DNA of 64,000 nt from Nemertoderma westbladi (Eukaryota; Animalia; Xenacoelomorpha). The position numbers were made by a program, and so were the translations under genes. The notes under the pieces were generated by a model. The model searched no databases, was not told where the DNA came from, and was given only the letters and a program-made list of their open reading frames with translations. Within the stretch, counting starts at the first letter, position 1. Each line of letters opens with the position of its first letter. Of the stretch, positions 26,400 to 38,624 are shown piece by piece. The stretch spans positions 26,939 to 90,938 of the forward strand of contig JAUCBJ010008647.1 in the NCBI GenBank assembly GCA_032718475.1, given 5' to 3'.

Positions 26400-28573
26400 C
26401 TAGTTCGTTCCACCAGCCTTTGGGAACCACCTCAAGTCTTTCCCTTTGTCTTCCCCCTCCCTGGGTCGTTTCCTGGTCACTGCCGCTCCTCTGGTCTTGT
26501 CTGCTTTCTGGCTTCTGACTCTCGCCGCCACCTCCTTGCTGATCCCGGTCGTCGACTCCTTGGGTGCCGGTGTTATTAGCTCCCGGTATCGCTTCGCGGG
26601 TGGCCCCTCCGAGTGGCCCTGTTGTCTCCCCCTGATGGCGTCCCATAGGATCATCTTCATTGCCCGCGGCACATGCTCCGCCAAGAAATCCCTAAACTCT
26701 CCTCTACTCTGTGGCGTCCACCTATACAAATACCTCTGCGTATTTATCACTCCGGCATATGATGCCGCCGTCGCCACTTTCTGGTAGGTAAACGGAAGCC
26801 TCCGTTTGATAATCTCCATGTGAGCCTCCTGATTGATGTTAAAGAAGCCCCACCGGAACTCCTGGGCCTTCATACGTTGCCGAGTCATCGCCCCGACGTC
26901 GGCCCATTCCTCGAAGATCCTAAACTTCTCTTCGTCGTCCATCCAGTCGCACTGGCGTCCGTAATGTCCCCGAAAGTTACACTTCGAACATCGGTTATGC
27001 AACCGTGGTCACGCCCCCATCCTGTGGCTCGACTCACGGCAATAGAGACAACTAGTCCCTTTCTGGACCCGGTACAAACAGCTCCTTTCCTGATGGGTCT
27101 GTCTCCCACAGTAATCACAGCTGAGCACCAATGTCTCCCGCCCTACGTCGTCTTTCGTCCCAAGCGATCTCCGTGGTCTGTGGAGTCGCTGATAAGCAAA
27201 CTTCCGGACGTTAGCGTCCCTATCTACGTCGATCTCCTCGCCCCTCTCGGGCATCGTCTCCCCGAATACTACCCTAGAGACTCCCCCGAACTCCCTGATG
27301 AAGTCCAACGAAGTTCGTCCAAGCCCGCTTGTTCCTCGAAGCCGTAGCTCTGTGCCCTAGCTTCCTCCTCCCTTTCTTCTGCTTCTCTCCTTTCCCGTCT
27401 GGCGACTTCTTCCAGTCGCTTCGCCTCTCGCCTATCCGTCTCTAGCTGCTCCCATCTCTGACACGGCGTATCCACCTCCCCGTCTACCAGATGTCGGCTG
27501 TTATAGTACACCGACTCGCCCTTCAGCCCCGGGTGGTCTACCAGACCCTCGAAAGCCGTCTTAAAGGCTCTTCTGTAGTTTAGGGGTGATCCCGATAATA
27601 GGAATGCCGTTGGTTCCCTCTCAATAATCACGGTCATGAATAGGTTAAGCAAACCTATCATTATCCAGTCCTCCTGTAGGATATATCGCTTCTGATATAC
27701 CTTTATAGCTCCTCTCCGGAATTGATACACCTCTTGTCTCCCTGGCCTCGCTCCCCACTTCAGTGAGTTCGCCAAGTCTGCTCCGTACTCCTCTCTGAAC
27801 TTGCCCCAGTCCATCAGTTTGTGACACATGAGCCCCATTAACTGGCCCATCGCCACTGCCCCGCAATGTCCTGTGGTCTCTATTAGTCCCAATCCGTCCG
27901 GCGCTGTCATAGCCATGTACACCGTCTGCGTATCCAGAAGGTTGGGGGTGTCCGGACCGATGATCCTCTCCGCGTCGTCGCGAATCGCCGATCCCACTTT
28001 TGTCCTCGACTTCTCTCTCACTAGTACTTGCACTGCCTTCGGCAGCCGGTTTAACTTCGGCCCATCCTTCTTTCCATACGTTCCTAGATCGAATAGGAAT
28101 ATGTCCCCATTTGGCACAGCCAAATGTAGGAGTATGGTTCTGGCTGACGCCGCCGATCCTCTCCTCGAACCCTCCTCGTCTTCCATGGTCCCCTCATCGT
28201 CCAGGACCATATACCCTTCTCTGCTGACGGACTCTACGAACCTCTTCCAATCCTTCCTCGGTGGATCCCTTGCGTACTTCGGAATCCCGAACTTCGCTTC
28301 GTCTCCTTTTATCACGTAGTGGAAATGCTCGAAGATCGCGTTGTCCAGCGACAGCGTCCCGTAGGTCCCGACCAGCCACTGTTCGTGCACCTCCCTGAAA
28401 TGGTCCTGTAGCGCTCGCGCTGCGTGACCCCTCTCTAACCGTTCGTAGTATCCCCTCGTTCTCTCTTCCGGATGCCTCTTGGTGAAATCCACCAGTATCT
28501 CCTTTCCTCCTAGCTCCGCCTTTCTCTTTCGCACAAGTTTGCTTGCCATCTCGAACTTTACCCGATCGCTCAC
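26400..28573 (-). pseudogene. Extra ORF3: DEDDy 3'-5' exonuclease (WRN/EXD2-like) + coiled coil + three CCHC knuckles; one frameshift (about 27310-27340) and one in-frame TGA (27009-27011)
   Basis: Motifs VLDDEG, LLHLAVPNGDIFLFDL, LPKAVQVLV..TKVGSAIRDD, LLDTQ and YQKRYILQED; knuckles CDYCGRQTHQERSC, CLYCRESSHRMGA* and CSKCNFRGHYGRQC. Motif recognition by eye. Confidence 0.75.
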
Positions 28574-29049
28574 CCGTTGGGTGGTGCCTTACCAAGGCGC
28601 AGTAGGGTGAGTGATAGGTTAAGGTGGTTTATCTCAGTTCGATGGCCTATCTCCCTCTGGATTACTAAGTTAATTAGCCTATTTCCACTGCTTGATTTCT
28701 GTAGCTACCAAATTGTACCTAAATTGTGAATTTTGTCAGTTACTTTTATTATGTTCCAGAATTTTCTTGCTGCTGTTACCATAATTTGTCAATTTCTTAG
28801 CTCTATCCTATTTTGGTATTTTTAATCTAATTCAATCCTACCATTGTGCTGTTACTTACTATTGCCTATGGATTATTCTATTTCATAATCCACATTCTGG
28901 CCTACTCTGTGGGCTTGTGCAGTACAACAGTATGCGTCGCGCGGCCTACACGATTTATCCAGCTGTACTCATATGCCCCCTCTCGCTACTAACTACTAAC
29001 TAATGTCTATACTATATATATATATCCCTCTACCTCTTACTCTTACAAA

Positions 29050-29560
29050 CCGGTACTACGTACCCTCTTACTAACTTCTAACTCTCTCTAACTAACTAAC
29101 TAATCGGTACTGCGTACCCTCTTACTAACCTCTAACTCCACTAACTAACTAATCGGTACTACGTACCCTCTTACTAACCTCTAACTCCCTTAACTAACTA
29201 ACGGTACTACGTACCCTCTTACCAACCTCTTACTTTCTCCAACTAACTAACGGTACTATGTACCCTCTTACCAACCTCTAACTCTCTCCAACTAACTAAC
29301 GGTACTATGTACCCTCTTACCAACCTCTAACTCTCTCCAACTAACTAATGGTACTACGTACCCTCTTACTAAACTCCAACTTCTGCCTACTGATGGTACT
29401 ACGTACCCTCTTACTAACTAACTTCTGCCTACTGATGGTACTACGTACCCTCTTACTAACTAACTTCTGCCTACTGACGGTACTACGTACCTTCTTACTA
29501 ACTAACTTCTGCCTACTGACGGTACTACGTACCCTCTTACTAACTAACTTCTATCTACTG
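29050..29560 (-). repeat. Internal tandem array (about 42-45 bp units) between pol and ORF3 of copy 3
   Basis: Repeated GGTACTACGTACCCTCTTACTAAC. Confidence 0.9.
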
Positions 29561-29687
29561 ACTTTCGCTTCTTATTATTTTTTATTTTATTTTTATTTTT
29601 ATTGTGTAGGAAGGGCGTCTCGCCCTCAATCCCACCCCCCTCAGTCCAAAACTTGGACGACTAAACTACACTAAAAACCACACTAGT

Positions 29688-32600
29688 TCAAGGTGCCCCC
29701 TCTAGTAGACAGCATTTTCCTACAGCCCTCCTGTAGGTCTTTCTGTCTTTTGCACCTATCTTTCCACCTATTCGCACTTCTACCGATCGGACTCTTCCAT
29801 CCTCATCGGAGTAAGTGCCCACAACTCTCGCCAACCGCCATTGGTTGTTGATGATGGTATCATCCGTGACGATCACCAGATCACCCTCCTTTAGCTCTCT
29901 GTTCGTGTTCCTCCACTTACTTCTTCTGTGTAATGTGGGCAGATATTCCTCGACCCACCTCCTCCAGTATTCTGCGCTTATCGCCTTAGCGACTTTCCAA
30001 CTCTGGCGGGAGTGTATGTCGTCTGGGTCTACACCCCGCATGTCGACTGTCGCCGGCCTCTCCATTAGAAAGTGACTGGGCGTCAGCACGTCTAATGACT
30101 CAGGGTCATCATTCTCTGGATATAGCGGTCTGCTATTAATGATACCCTCACACTTTGCCAGTACTGTCCTTAGTACGTCCTCTGTAACCATGTGGGTGTT
30201 CATCAGCTTCGTCATCAGACGTTTCGAACTACCCAATAATCTCTCGACGCATCCTAGGGTATGCGGAGCATACGGCGTCCTCCTCTCCCACTTTACTTGT
30301 CGCCTTCTCATGGCCGCCCTGACTTCCTCCCCTTCCAGGATATCCAAGGCCTCCGCCATCTCGTTCTCCGCCCCCACAAAGTTGGTCCCGCTGTCAGAAT
30401 ACAGTACTGCGATTGTCCCACCTTTGCGGTCTCTAAATCTTTCTAAAGCATTAATGAATGCTGATGCGGTTGCATCTTGGGCGAGTTCTATTCCTACCGC
30501 CCGCGTGTTGTTACATACGAAGATGATACCATAGCGTTTCTCCGTGTGCCGCATCACCTTAATCTTTATCGGCCCGAACATATCCACACTGCAATGCGTA
30601 AATGGCGGGTCGTGCTGTCTTACTCTACTGGCCGGTAGTGGCGCCATTTCCTGTATGGCCCGTTCCTTCTTCTCCCGTCGGCAGCTCTGGCACTGCCCCA
30701 CTACCGCCTTTACCTTCTTCCTCAACTGTTTGACCCAAAAGGTCCTTCTTATCTCCGTGAGGGTTCGGTTGGTGCCCCCGTGCAATATCGATTTGTGGGA
30801 GTCCCAGATAATCTGGTGGACTATCGGCGATCCTGTGGGAATGATGATGGGCTTCGGTGGTACGACGATACTGTTGTTGTATCCCACCCTAGAGTTCATT
30901 ACTAGGATCCCGTCGTCATTAAGTTGTGGTGACAGCGTGATCAGCTCGCTGTCCCGCCGGAGATGCTGTTGCTTACCAACGCGTTCCACCTCGTCGCCAT
31001 AGTTCTTCCTCTGCTCGTAGTGGATGACTGCTTTGGCCGCTCCTTCCAGGTCTATTGTCGTTCTAATCTTCACGTCTTTACCAACTCCCCTGAGGAAATT
31101 CCCGAAGGCTCTCCAGTATGCCACTAACTTCTTGGTCTTGTACCAACTAGAACTGTAGCTAAGGAGTTTATCCGTCGGGTTATCGCACAGTTCTCCTGGT
31201 TTTGGTTGCACGTCCCTTATCTCCCTCACCATCTGGGAGTATATCTCCTCTCCCTCTGAATCTCCCTCTTCTCCTTCTGACACTACTTCTCCTGAGCCCG
31301 GGTCCACCTTTCTCATCGGCGGCCAGGCCTCCCTATCGCTCAGAAACTGTGGCCCGTGTTGCCACAATACTTCCTTCTTCAAGAAAGTGTGGCGTACCAC
31401 GCCCCTCGATAACAATTCCGCTGGGATCTCGTCCGTTGGGCAGTAGTGCCACCTTTCCAGTTTTGTGGTCGCCCTTATTTCGTCCACTCTATTCGCGACG
31501 AATATAGGGTATCTCGTCCTTTCGTTGTGTAGCCAACCGAGCACTACCATGGAATCCGTCCAGTAGTGTGTTTCCACTATGTTGGGAATAGCGTCCACTA
31601 AGTAGGGTATGGCCCTAACTCCTAATCTCGCAGCTGTCAACTCGAGTTTCGGAACTGATGCTGAGTCTGGTGGCGTCGACTTCGCTTTACTGAATGCGAG
31701 TCTGGGCTTGTGAGCCCCCTCTCGTTGTACTAAGTAGAGTGCCGCTCCATATGCCTCTAATGACGCATCGGAGAACATATGTAGATCCAGATTCGTCTCC
31801 CCATCCGGGAAATATACACGCGGCATGCTGTATGTTCCCATCTGCTCTAAACTCTCTGTCCACTTGTTCCACTGCTTACTAATCTCTTCTGGGACCTCTG
31901 CGTCCCACTCGTCCTTTAATTTGTATACTCTCTTGAGTATCTGTTTCCCCGTGACTAGTAATGGGGATGCTAGGCCTAGGGGATCGTATATCCTCGCTAT
32001 ATATGACACATAGCCCCTCTTTGTGTGGATACCTGCTCCCTCCTGACTCAATTGGTATTTTAACTCATCTGTCTCTCTGTTCCACACGATTCCCAGTGCC
32101 TTCTGTTGAGACTCTATCCTCTTGTTCGCCATGTCCTGCCCCTTGGCTGTTGTGGGATTATCCATGGTCGATCCTGGTCTCTCGTCTTTTATTGCCTCGA
32201 TAAATTCCTTCGAACTGGATTGGAATTTGGTTAGGTTGAAGCTGGATCCTTTAAGGATGTCGCGAACCTCGCGCCCTGTGTCCAGTAGCTCCTTAACCGT
32301 ATTTCCAGACTCCATCCCGTTGTCTACGTAGAAGCCGCGTCGAATCATATCGACGGCTTTGGCGCTGAACTTATCTTCCTTCCCTGCTACCGTATCTCTT
32401 ACGGCCATAGTCGTTGTAAACGAAGACGACTTGGCTCCCATATTCTGTAATACCATCTTATACATTGGTATGGTCGACGGTTCCTCATCGCCGTCGTACC
32501 ATAGGAAGCGTTGGCTGTCGCTATCCTCTCCCGTTACACGGACTTGGTTGAACATGCCTTCAATGTCGCAGGTGAAAGCGTGTTTGCCATTCCTGAATCT

Positions 32601-33545
32601 GAGTAGGACCTCGATCCCTGAGTTGTAGATGTTGGGACCCTCCAGCAGATAATCGTTTAGGCATTTCCCGTTGGTCTTGGCTGATGCGTCAACTGCCATC
32701 CGCAGTTTACCTTTCTTCGGGTCTATAGCCACGTGGAGTGGCAGGTAATAGGTCCTGTCCGTGTTTGGCTCGTCGACCGGTAACTCCACGGCCCATCCTT
32801 TCTCGACATACTTTCTAATTGTCTTCTGGATGTACTCATTCTTCTCGGGGCTCCGTTTTAACGTCTGCTTTAACTTGCGAAGCCTCGTAAGTACCATCCC
32901 TTTGTTGTCGGGTAACGGTAGCTTTGGTAGCTTCCATACCATCCCTATGGTATACCGCCCCTCATCGCATGTCATCGATTCCTTTACACTTTGTAAAGCC
33001 TGCTTGTCTTCTACCGAGGTTCCGACCCCGGTCTCCTTTAATCCCTCAAAATCCTGCCTGAGCAGTCTCCTGAGTTGCTCCCCTGCTCCCTCATCCTCCA
33101 TCTCTCGCATAGTTCCCGCGAACATGCATCCTGATGTCTCCGACATCCTAAATGGTATCTTACTCTTGATTGGGCCACTCAGTGTCCACCCGAATGGTGT
33201 CAATATCGCCACCGGGTCACATTGCCTGTCTTCGCCGAAGACCGTTTGCATTCTCTAGTGGGCCGTTGGGCAGTCCATTCCTACTATGATGGATACCTTT
33301 CTAACGTCCACCTCTGGGATTGAGAAGTCGATACTGTCCAGGAATCTGTATTGTTCGACCTCGATGTTGGTTGGCCGTCTGGCGTTAATATTTATCGACT
33401 CTATCACCTGGATGGGGTCTATGGTCGCCCCATAATCGCATCCCGGTGCTACCGCTGCTATCATGCACTGTCCGGTTCTCATCTCCAGAACCTCATCTTT
33501 GCTGGAGATGGTTGTTACCGCCATTCTACTTGGCCTCGTTCTCAA
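29688..33545 (-). pseudogene. pol: BEL/Pao pol (RT, RNase H, integrase): 1187-codon open stretch preceded by a premature TAG at 33255-33257
   Basis: YYLPLH, LNDYLLEGP, DIEGMFNQV, FYVDN, SDAS, HGG..C..C zinc finger, DDE core. Confidence 0.95.
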
Positions 33546-36500
33546 TCCCGTCCGGTTCTCATCTCCAGAACCTCATCTTTGCTGGAGATGGTTGTTACCG
33601 CCATTCTACTTGGCCTCGTTCTCAATCCTATCTCTTCGGCCACCCAATCCTCAACTAAGGTGAAGGCTGCACCACTGTCGACCAGCATGAGTGTGGTTAC
33701 TGATCGGTTGCCTTCGCCGATTATCCTTACTGGTACTACCCCTAATAGTACCGTCCCTCTCTTCTTTGCTACTTCGGTGCTTGTTGCCATTGTTTGTCCT
33801 TTACTCTGACCGAACTTAGTTGGCGTTTCTCTGCATTGTCTAGCTCTGTGTCCACTCATCACGCATCGCAAGCAGATGTCATTTCTCGCCGCGTATTCTA
33901 CCTGATCTTCCCTGGGTAGCGCCTGCCAGTACCTGCAGTTCATGGTCTGATGAAGCGCATTTGAATGTAGCTGACATTTGCTCTTTGGATCGTAGCCATC
34001 CTTATACAGTGCATTGCGTATCGCAGATGCATTTGTACCAAAGTCCTTACTGTTCTTATTGTTTAAATTCTGCCTACTGGGCGTACTGGGGGTATGTTTA
34101 TTTGTGTTGTTATTTTTCCCCTGTCCGCTCCATGATGTGGACTTACCCTCGGCTACCTGTGGACTTGCAGTCCTCTGCGTCGCTGCGTATGGCAGTGATT
34201 GCCTGAGCTTTGGTAATGCGTTTGACGTGTTATGTTCTGGTTTCGGCCTGTGGTAATCGGTCTTTGATCCCTTTCCCAGGCTATCCTCGCTGTATACTGG
34301 GTCCGTTATAAGTTCAGCTTCATAGTTTAAGAAGCTTGACATCTCTTCTAAACCCGGTTCCGCACCCTTCCTATCTCGAGTGGAGAAAGCGATTTTCCTC
34401 CACTTATTGCGCAGCCACATCGGAAGTGCCTGGGCTATCGTTATGATGTTGTTGGACGCGTATGGCGCATCCAATGTCTTTAGCACGATTAGCGCCTTCT
34501 CGACTTTGTTAGCGAATGTCTTTATGCTAACGGGGTTATCCTGTAGGCCACCCGATGTTATACCTCTCAGGGTCTGCCGGATGATCTTGGCCGTGTGCTC
34601 GTATTCCCTGTCTAACGCCCGCCATGCCGTCGTGAAGCCACCCTCGATACCCTGGTATTGCCTCACGATGTTGTATGCTGGGCCCCCTGTATATACTTGC
34701 AAATACTTTAGGCACTCCGCCTGCGTCAAATTCTTTGTTAATATTTTGTTACTATACATGCGCCGAAACTGTAGGTATTCTTCCGGTCTACTCCCATCGA
34801 ATTTGAATGGTTCCACGGGTGGTAACTCGATCCTTGTTTTTAGTGCATCGATTAATGTGGCCATCCCCACCGCTTGCGCTTCCAATGGGTTCGATGGGTG
34901 CTGCATAGGTTCTCCCGTTGGGTGCGGTCCGTTCGTCCTGTTTGCCGCTTTCCTCTGACTTGGATATATCATAGGGGGTAGCGGCCCCCTCCATATTTCT
35001 GTGTCACATGATCTATTCTCGTCCAAGGGGTTCGATGTTCTTACTCCTACTGGGGTATATTGTTGATATTGTGATGGGGGAATGTCACCCTGCCCCCCCC
35101 CCCCCCCCCCACTGGTATATTTGGTACTGGGGTTGATGTTAATATATTGGAGCCCATGCATCTATCCGCAATAATCCCCCCTTCCCCTGGGTATATGTTA
35201 TGTCCTTGCATGCTGTAGCCATACTGCTGTGCTGGTACCGGTATAGGCCTATCTACTTCTGGTCTCCTTGCCGGTATATACTCCGCGACTTCCGGGTTTA
35301 ATCCCGCTGTTCGCGCTATCCTATCGCCTATATTATCTCTCTCAGCATAGCCTATGGTATGTGCAGTAAGGCCTACAGTATGTCCTGCAGTCTGTATGTG
35401 TCGCTCGGGATCGAAGTTTATCCTTCTCGAATAATCCTCCCCGCGCCCACCGCATTCTCGATCGGTAGGTATATCCCGTCGGGAAGCTTCTCTTCGACCC
35501 CCTCTACTGCTCTCGCTCTCGTGCCGGTACATCCCGTACCCCTCTCTCTGTGCGCAATACGCCTCGTCAGGTCGCACTCCTCCGGGGCGACGGCAATCTC
35601 CCGAAGTTCGACCCTGCTGACTCTCCGTCTCCACCTCTACCACCGACGGCTCGCTATCCGTCCTCGCTCTCCTGTCGTTCGTGGCGACACTTCTTCCACT
35701 CTCTTCCCTTCTTCTCTCTGTAGTGCAGTATTCCCGCTCGTGAGATCTCTCGTCGACCTCCCGGTTAAACTCCACTGTTCTTCTTCCCTCTTCTGATCAG
35801 GCTCGACGCTTCGTCCGCCCTCTCGCGACGTCAACCTGTCTCTCTCTGCTCGATTGCATGCCGCTGGGGATACTCGCAATCCCCCTATCACTCTCCGTCG
35901 CCGGGTGTTGCGGTTTACCTGTCTCAGCCCGCGCATTATCCGTCGACGTCTGTGGGGCACTCTCTGCCCCCCACTTTTCGCCGCTAACTCGCTGTTGTGG
36001 GGCTCCTGTAGCCCCCCCCCCCCCCACTCGCCACATCTAACTTCACTATCTCTCACCCCGCTACTATATCCCTCTCTAGCCGACACATCAACCCTACTGC
36101 GGCTGGGTCCATTCACCCCCGCCTCTCCCTCTGCTATTGTGTGGCCTACCAGGCCCTCTACTTTCTGCCTACTAATTACGTGGCCTACCAGGCCCTCTCC
36201 GGGTTGGCTCAACCCCGCCACTTCCAGCCCACTAACTAAGTGGCCTACCAGGCCCTCGTCTGCCGGGTTATACACGTCCAACACATTCACGTTAATAGCA
36301 CCACTAATATTGTCATTGGTTAGATCAATTAAATCCTCTAACTCGATTAAGTTACCTTGTGCGCCCAAATTAGAAACGGAATTATTTTGCTCGTTCGAAA
36401 TAAGATTATTTGAATTATTTTGTAAATTCAGACTTATATTTAAATTATTTGAATTATTTTGTAAATTCGGACTTAGATTATTTATTTTCTTTTGATTATT

Positions 36501-38007
36501 TTCTACATTAATATTAGAATCACTAGGATTTAAATTACTACTGTCGGGCAAAATATTATTTCCTGCAATGAAAGTTTGATTAGAATTATCTAGTACAGTA
36601 CTATTAATATTAACGTTGTCTACTGTATCATTATTATTACCCCCCCCCCCCACCCGTACAGTTACACCAGTCTCGGGTCTGTCGTGCGGTCCCTGTAAGT
36701 GGGGTATTAATAAATGTTTCTTCGACCCTCGGCTAAGCACTCGAGCCAGCGTCACTCTCTGACAGCCCCATCTGGGCCATTTTTAGTCTGCGCTTCTGTC
36801 TGGTTTGGTACTGAATGAGCCCCCCTAGGCGGGCATGTAAACCATCCCGCACACGCTTCCCCTCTGCTGCTCTTTCCCGACTCTCCCGCGTGCTCTGCTC
36901 GGCCAAATCCCTCGCTCTCTCAACTCTCTCCATTCGTTTCGCCTCCCTTGCCACCTCACGCTCTTTAAGTTCTGCCTCGCGCTCTTTTCGTTCAGCCTCG
37001 CGCTCTTTGCGTTCACACTCCTCTCTCGCCTCACGCTCTTCTCGTTCCTTCCTCCCTATTTCCTCACACTCCCTAAAGCTTCTTGCGGCTTTCTCGGCCC
37101 TCTCTCCGGTCTCTCTAGCCAGTTCCATTTCTTTCTCTAATAGCACTCCCCCTCCTCTAACTGTCTCTCTACTTCTCTCTGGTCTTGCGCTATCAGATCG
37201 AGATAACACGCCGCATTTATTTCCCTCACCCGTCTTTCTTTTACGGAGGATGTAGCAGACTTATCGGTTGTGACGGATTCCCTCCGCCTTCCCGTCCTAC
37301 TAACCCCCCCCCCTTTTTCCGGAACTTTTTCCGACCGACGAGACCGAATCCTCGGGGTTAACCTCGGATTCGCCCTCCTGCGGTTTCCTCCAACCCACTA
37401 ATTTTATTCCCCGGGCATCGACTAAGTATGGCCCTACGTACACTACGCTAGGTTCCATACCCCTACATTCCCATAGTTCAAACAGTTCGGTGGCAACCCC
37501 TCTCGCTCTCTCGCTGGCTAGTTCTCCCTGCCCAAAACGTTTTAGATAGTCAAAGTGTTCGTTCGACTCACCTAGTCTTTTCTTTAGGTTTACCTCGTCT
37601 ATCTTCGCCCCTCCTTTGGCCTCTCTCAGCTGCTTCCGGGTTGCGGCGTAGGCCCGTCAAAGCCGGTCGCTGACCCCGACGTCCTCGTCGCCGACATCTG
37701 CTCTATCTCTCCGGGTCCGGCGTCGTACCGGTGGCCCCACCGTCGCCGTTCCGGTGGGCCGTCCGTCGCCCTCGGCCTGTGGCTGGCCGGCGACACTGGC
37801 ACGTCGACCGCCGTCGTGTGTCGACTCGTCTCTCTCTCCTCCCGACTCGTCCTCCAGTTGTAGACGGCTCCCCTCGCGTTGGATCACCGGGTCACCCGTT
37901 GGCGATGGGTCCGGTGTCGTGGGCCTATACCGTCGTGTCGCGGCCTCGCGGATCGTTAGATCGCCGTCCGGGGTCCGCGTCGGTGTCGTCTCTCCTATTC
38001 GGTTCAT
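33542..38007 (-). pseudogene. gag: Long gag + protease of copy 3, broken by frameshifts, stops and an 80-bp duplication
   Basis: ORF pieces 37657-38007, 36733-37209, 35637-36755, 35047-35775 and 33542-35161; C..H/C..C knuckles; LVDSGA. Confidence 0.9.
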
Positions 38008-38043
38008 CGTAGCGTAGTCAGGCAGTAGTTGCTATCTAGTTAC

Positions 38044-38624
38044 TGTGACGGGATCTGCGGAGGATCCCGGTTTATCCGGTTTTTGGTTCCTAGTTTACGC
38101 GTCCCCACCGTGCGTGAAAGATATAAAGAGTTCTGGGTTGTTGATCAATCGATGTATATAAGTTCGGGATATAATATAATAGAGATAATAGCACAAATGG
38201 TTGATGTATGATGTAATGTACCGGTAGGTGATATGTACTGGTGACGGTAGGCGGAGACAGTAACTAGAGTTCCGCTACTGTCCTAACTAGCTGACTTACT
38301 ACAAGTGAATGAAATATTGCATGGACCGGTAATATATTGCACAGTTGGCCATATTGCTCTACCCAGTCGATGCTTCCCCGCTATTGGCTAATATCCTAAT
38401 TGTCGCCCCTTTACCTTCCCTGGAGTGTTTCCCATTACTCCTGTTATTCCCTCTCTCTCTCAGGGGTGTAACCTCTGACCCCTTTGTGCGTATGTCCTCC
38501 GGGGTTTCCTTGTCCCCACTTTATTGGGGTGGTACGAGGTTGATATTGGATATCAACCTCGTGTTCCCAATATTGCTTAAAGCTCACTTTATGGGGCTGG
38601 TTAGCGGAATTGAATACGCTAACA
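38044..38624 (-). repeat. 5' LTR of BEL copy 3 (581 bp)
   Basis: Direct repeat of 25101-25692; gag ATG lies 37 bp downstream on the minus strand. Confidence 0.95.

Larger units (their letters stand above)
25101..38624 (-). mobile_element. BEL/Pao copy 3: near full-length (13.5 kb) with an extra ORF downstream of pol
   Basis: LTRs 25101-25692 and 38044-38624; 5-bp TSD ATTAG at 25096-25100 and 38625-38629; PPT at 25693-25701; gag-PR-RT-RH-IN order with BEL motifs (DAS..AYG, PKLEL, WTDS, VDMFGP, SDSGTNF). Confidence 0.96.

Noticed and set aside
27009-27011. In-frame TGA at a Cys position read as selenocysteine
   Set aside because: The same copy has other nonsense and frameshift lesions and I recognise no SECIS; a point mutation is simpler.
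29815-33258. Many plus-strand ORFs opposite pol, and similar antisense ORFs over other elements
   Set aside because: Shadow ORFs of coding sequence with no recognisable motifs.
33471-33630. 80-bp tandem duplication in the protease region as a functional feature
   Set aside because: It breaks the frame and is absent from copy 2, so it is a copy-specific lesion.
35090-35111. Frameshift at a poly-G/C run in gag as programmed frameshifting
   Set aside because: The homologous run in copy 2 (about 20437-20456) is in frame; homopolymer slippage or sequencing error is more likely.
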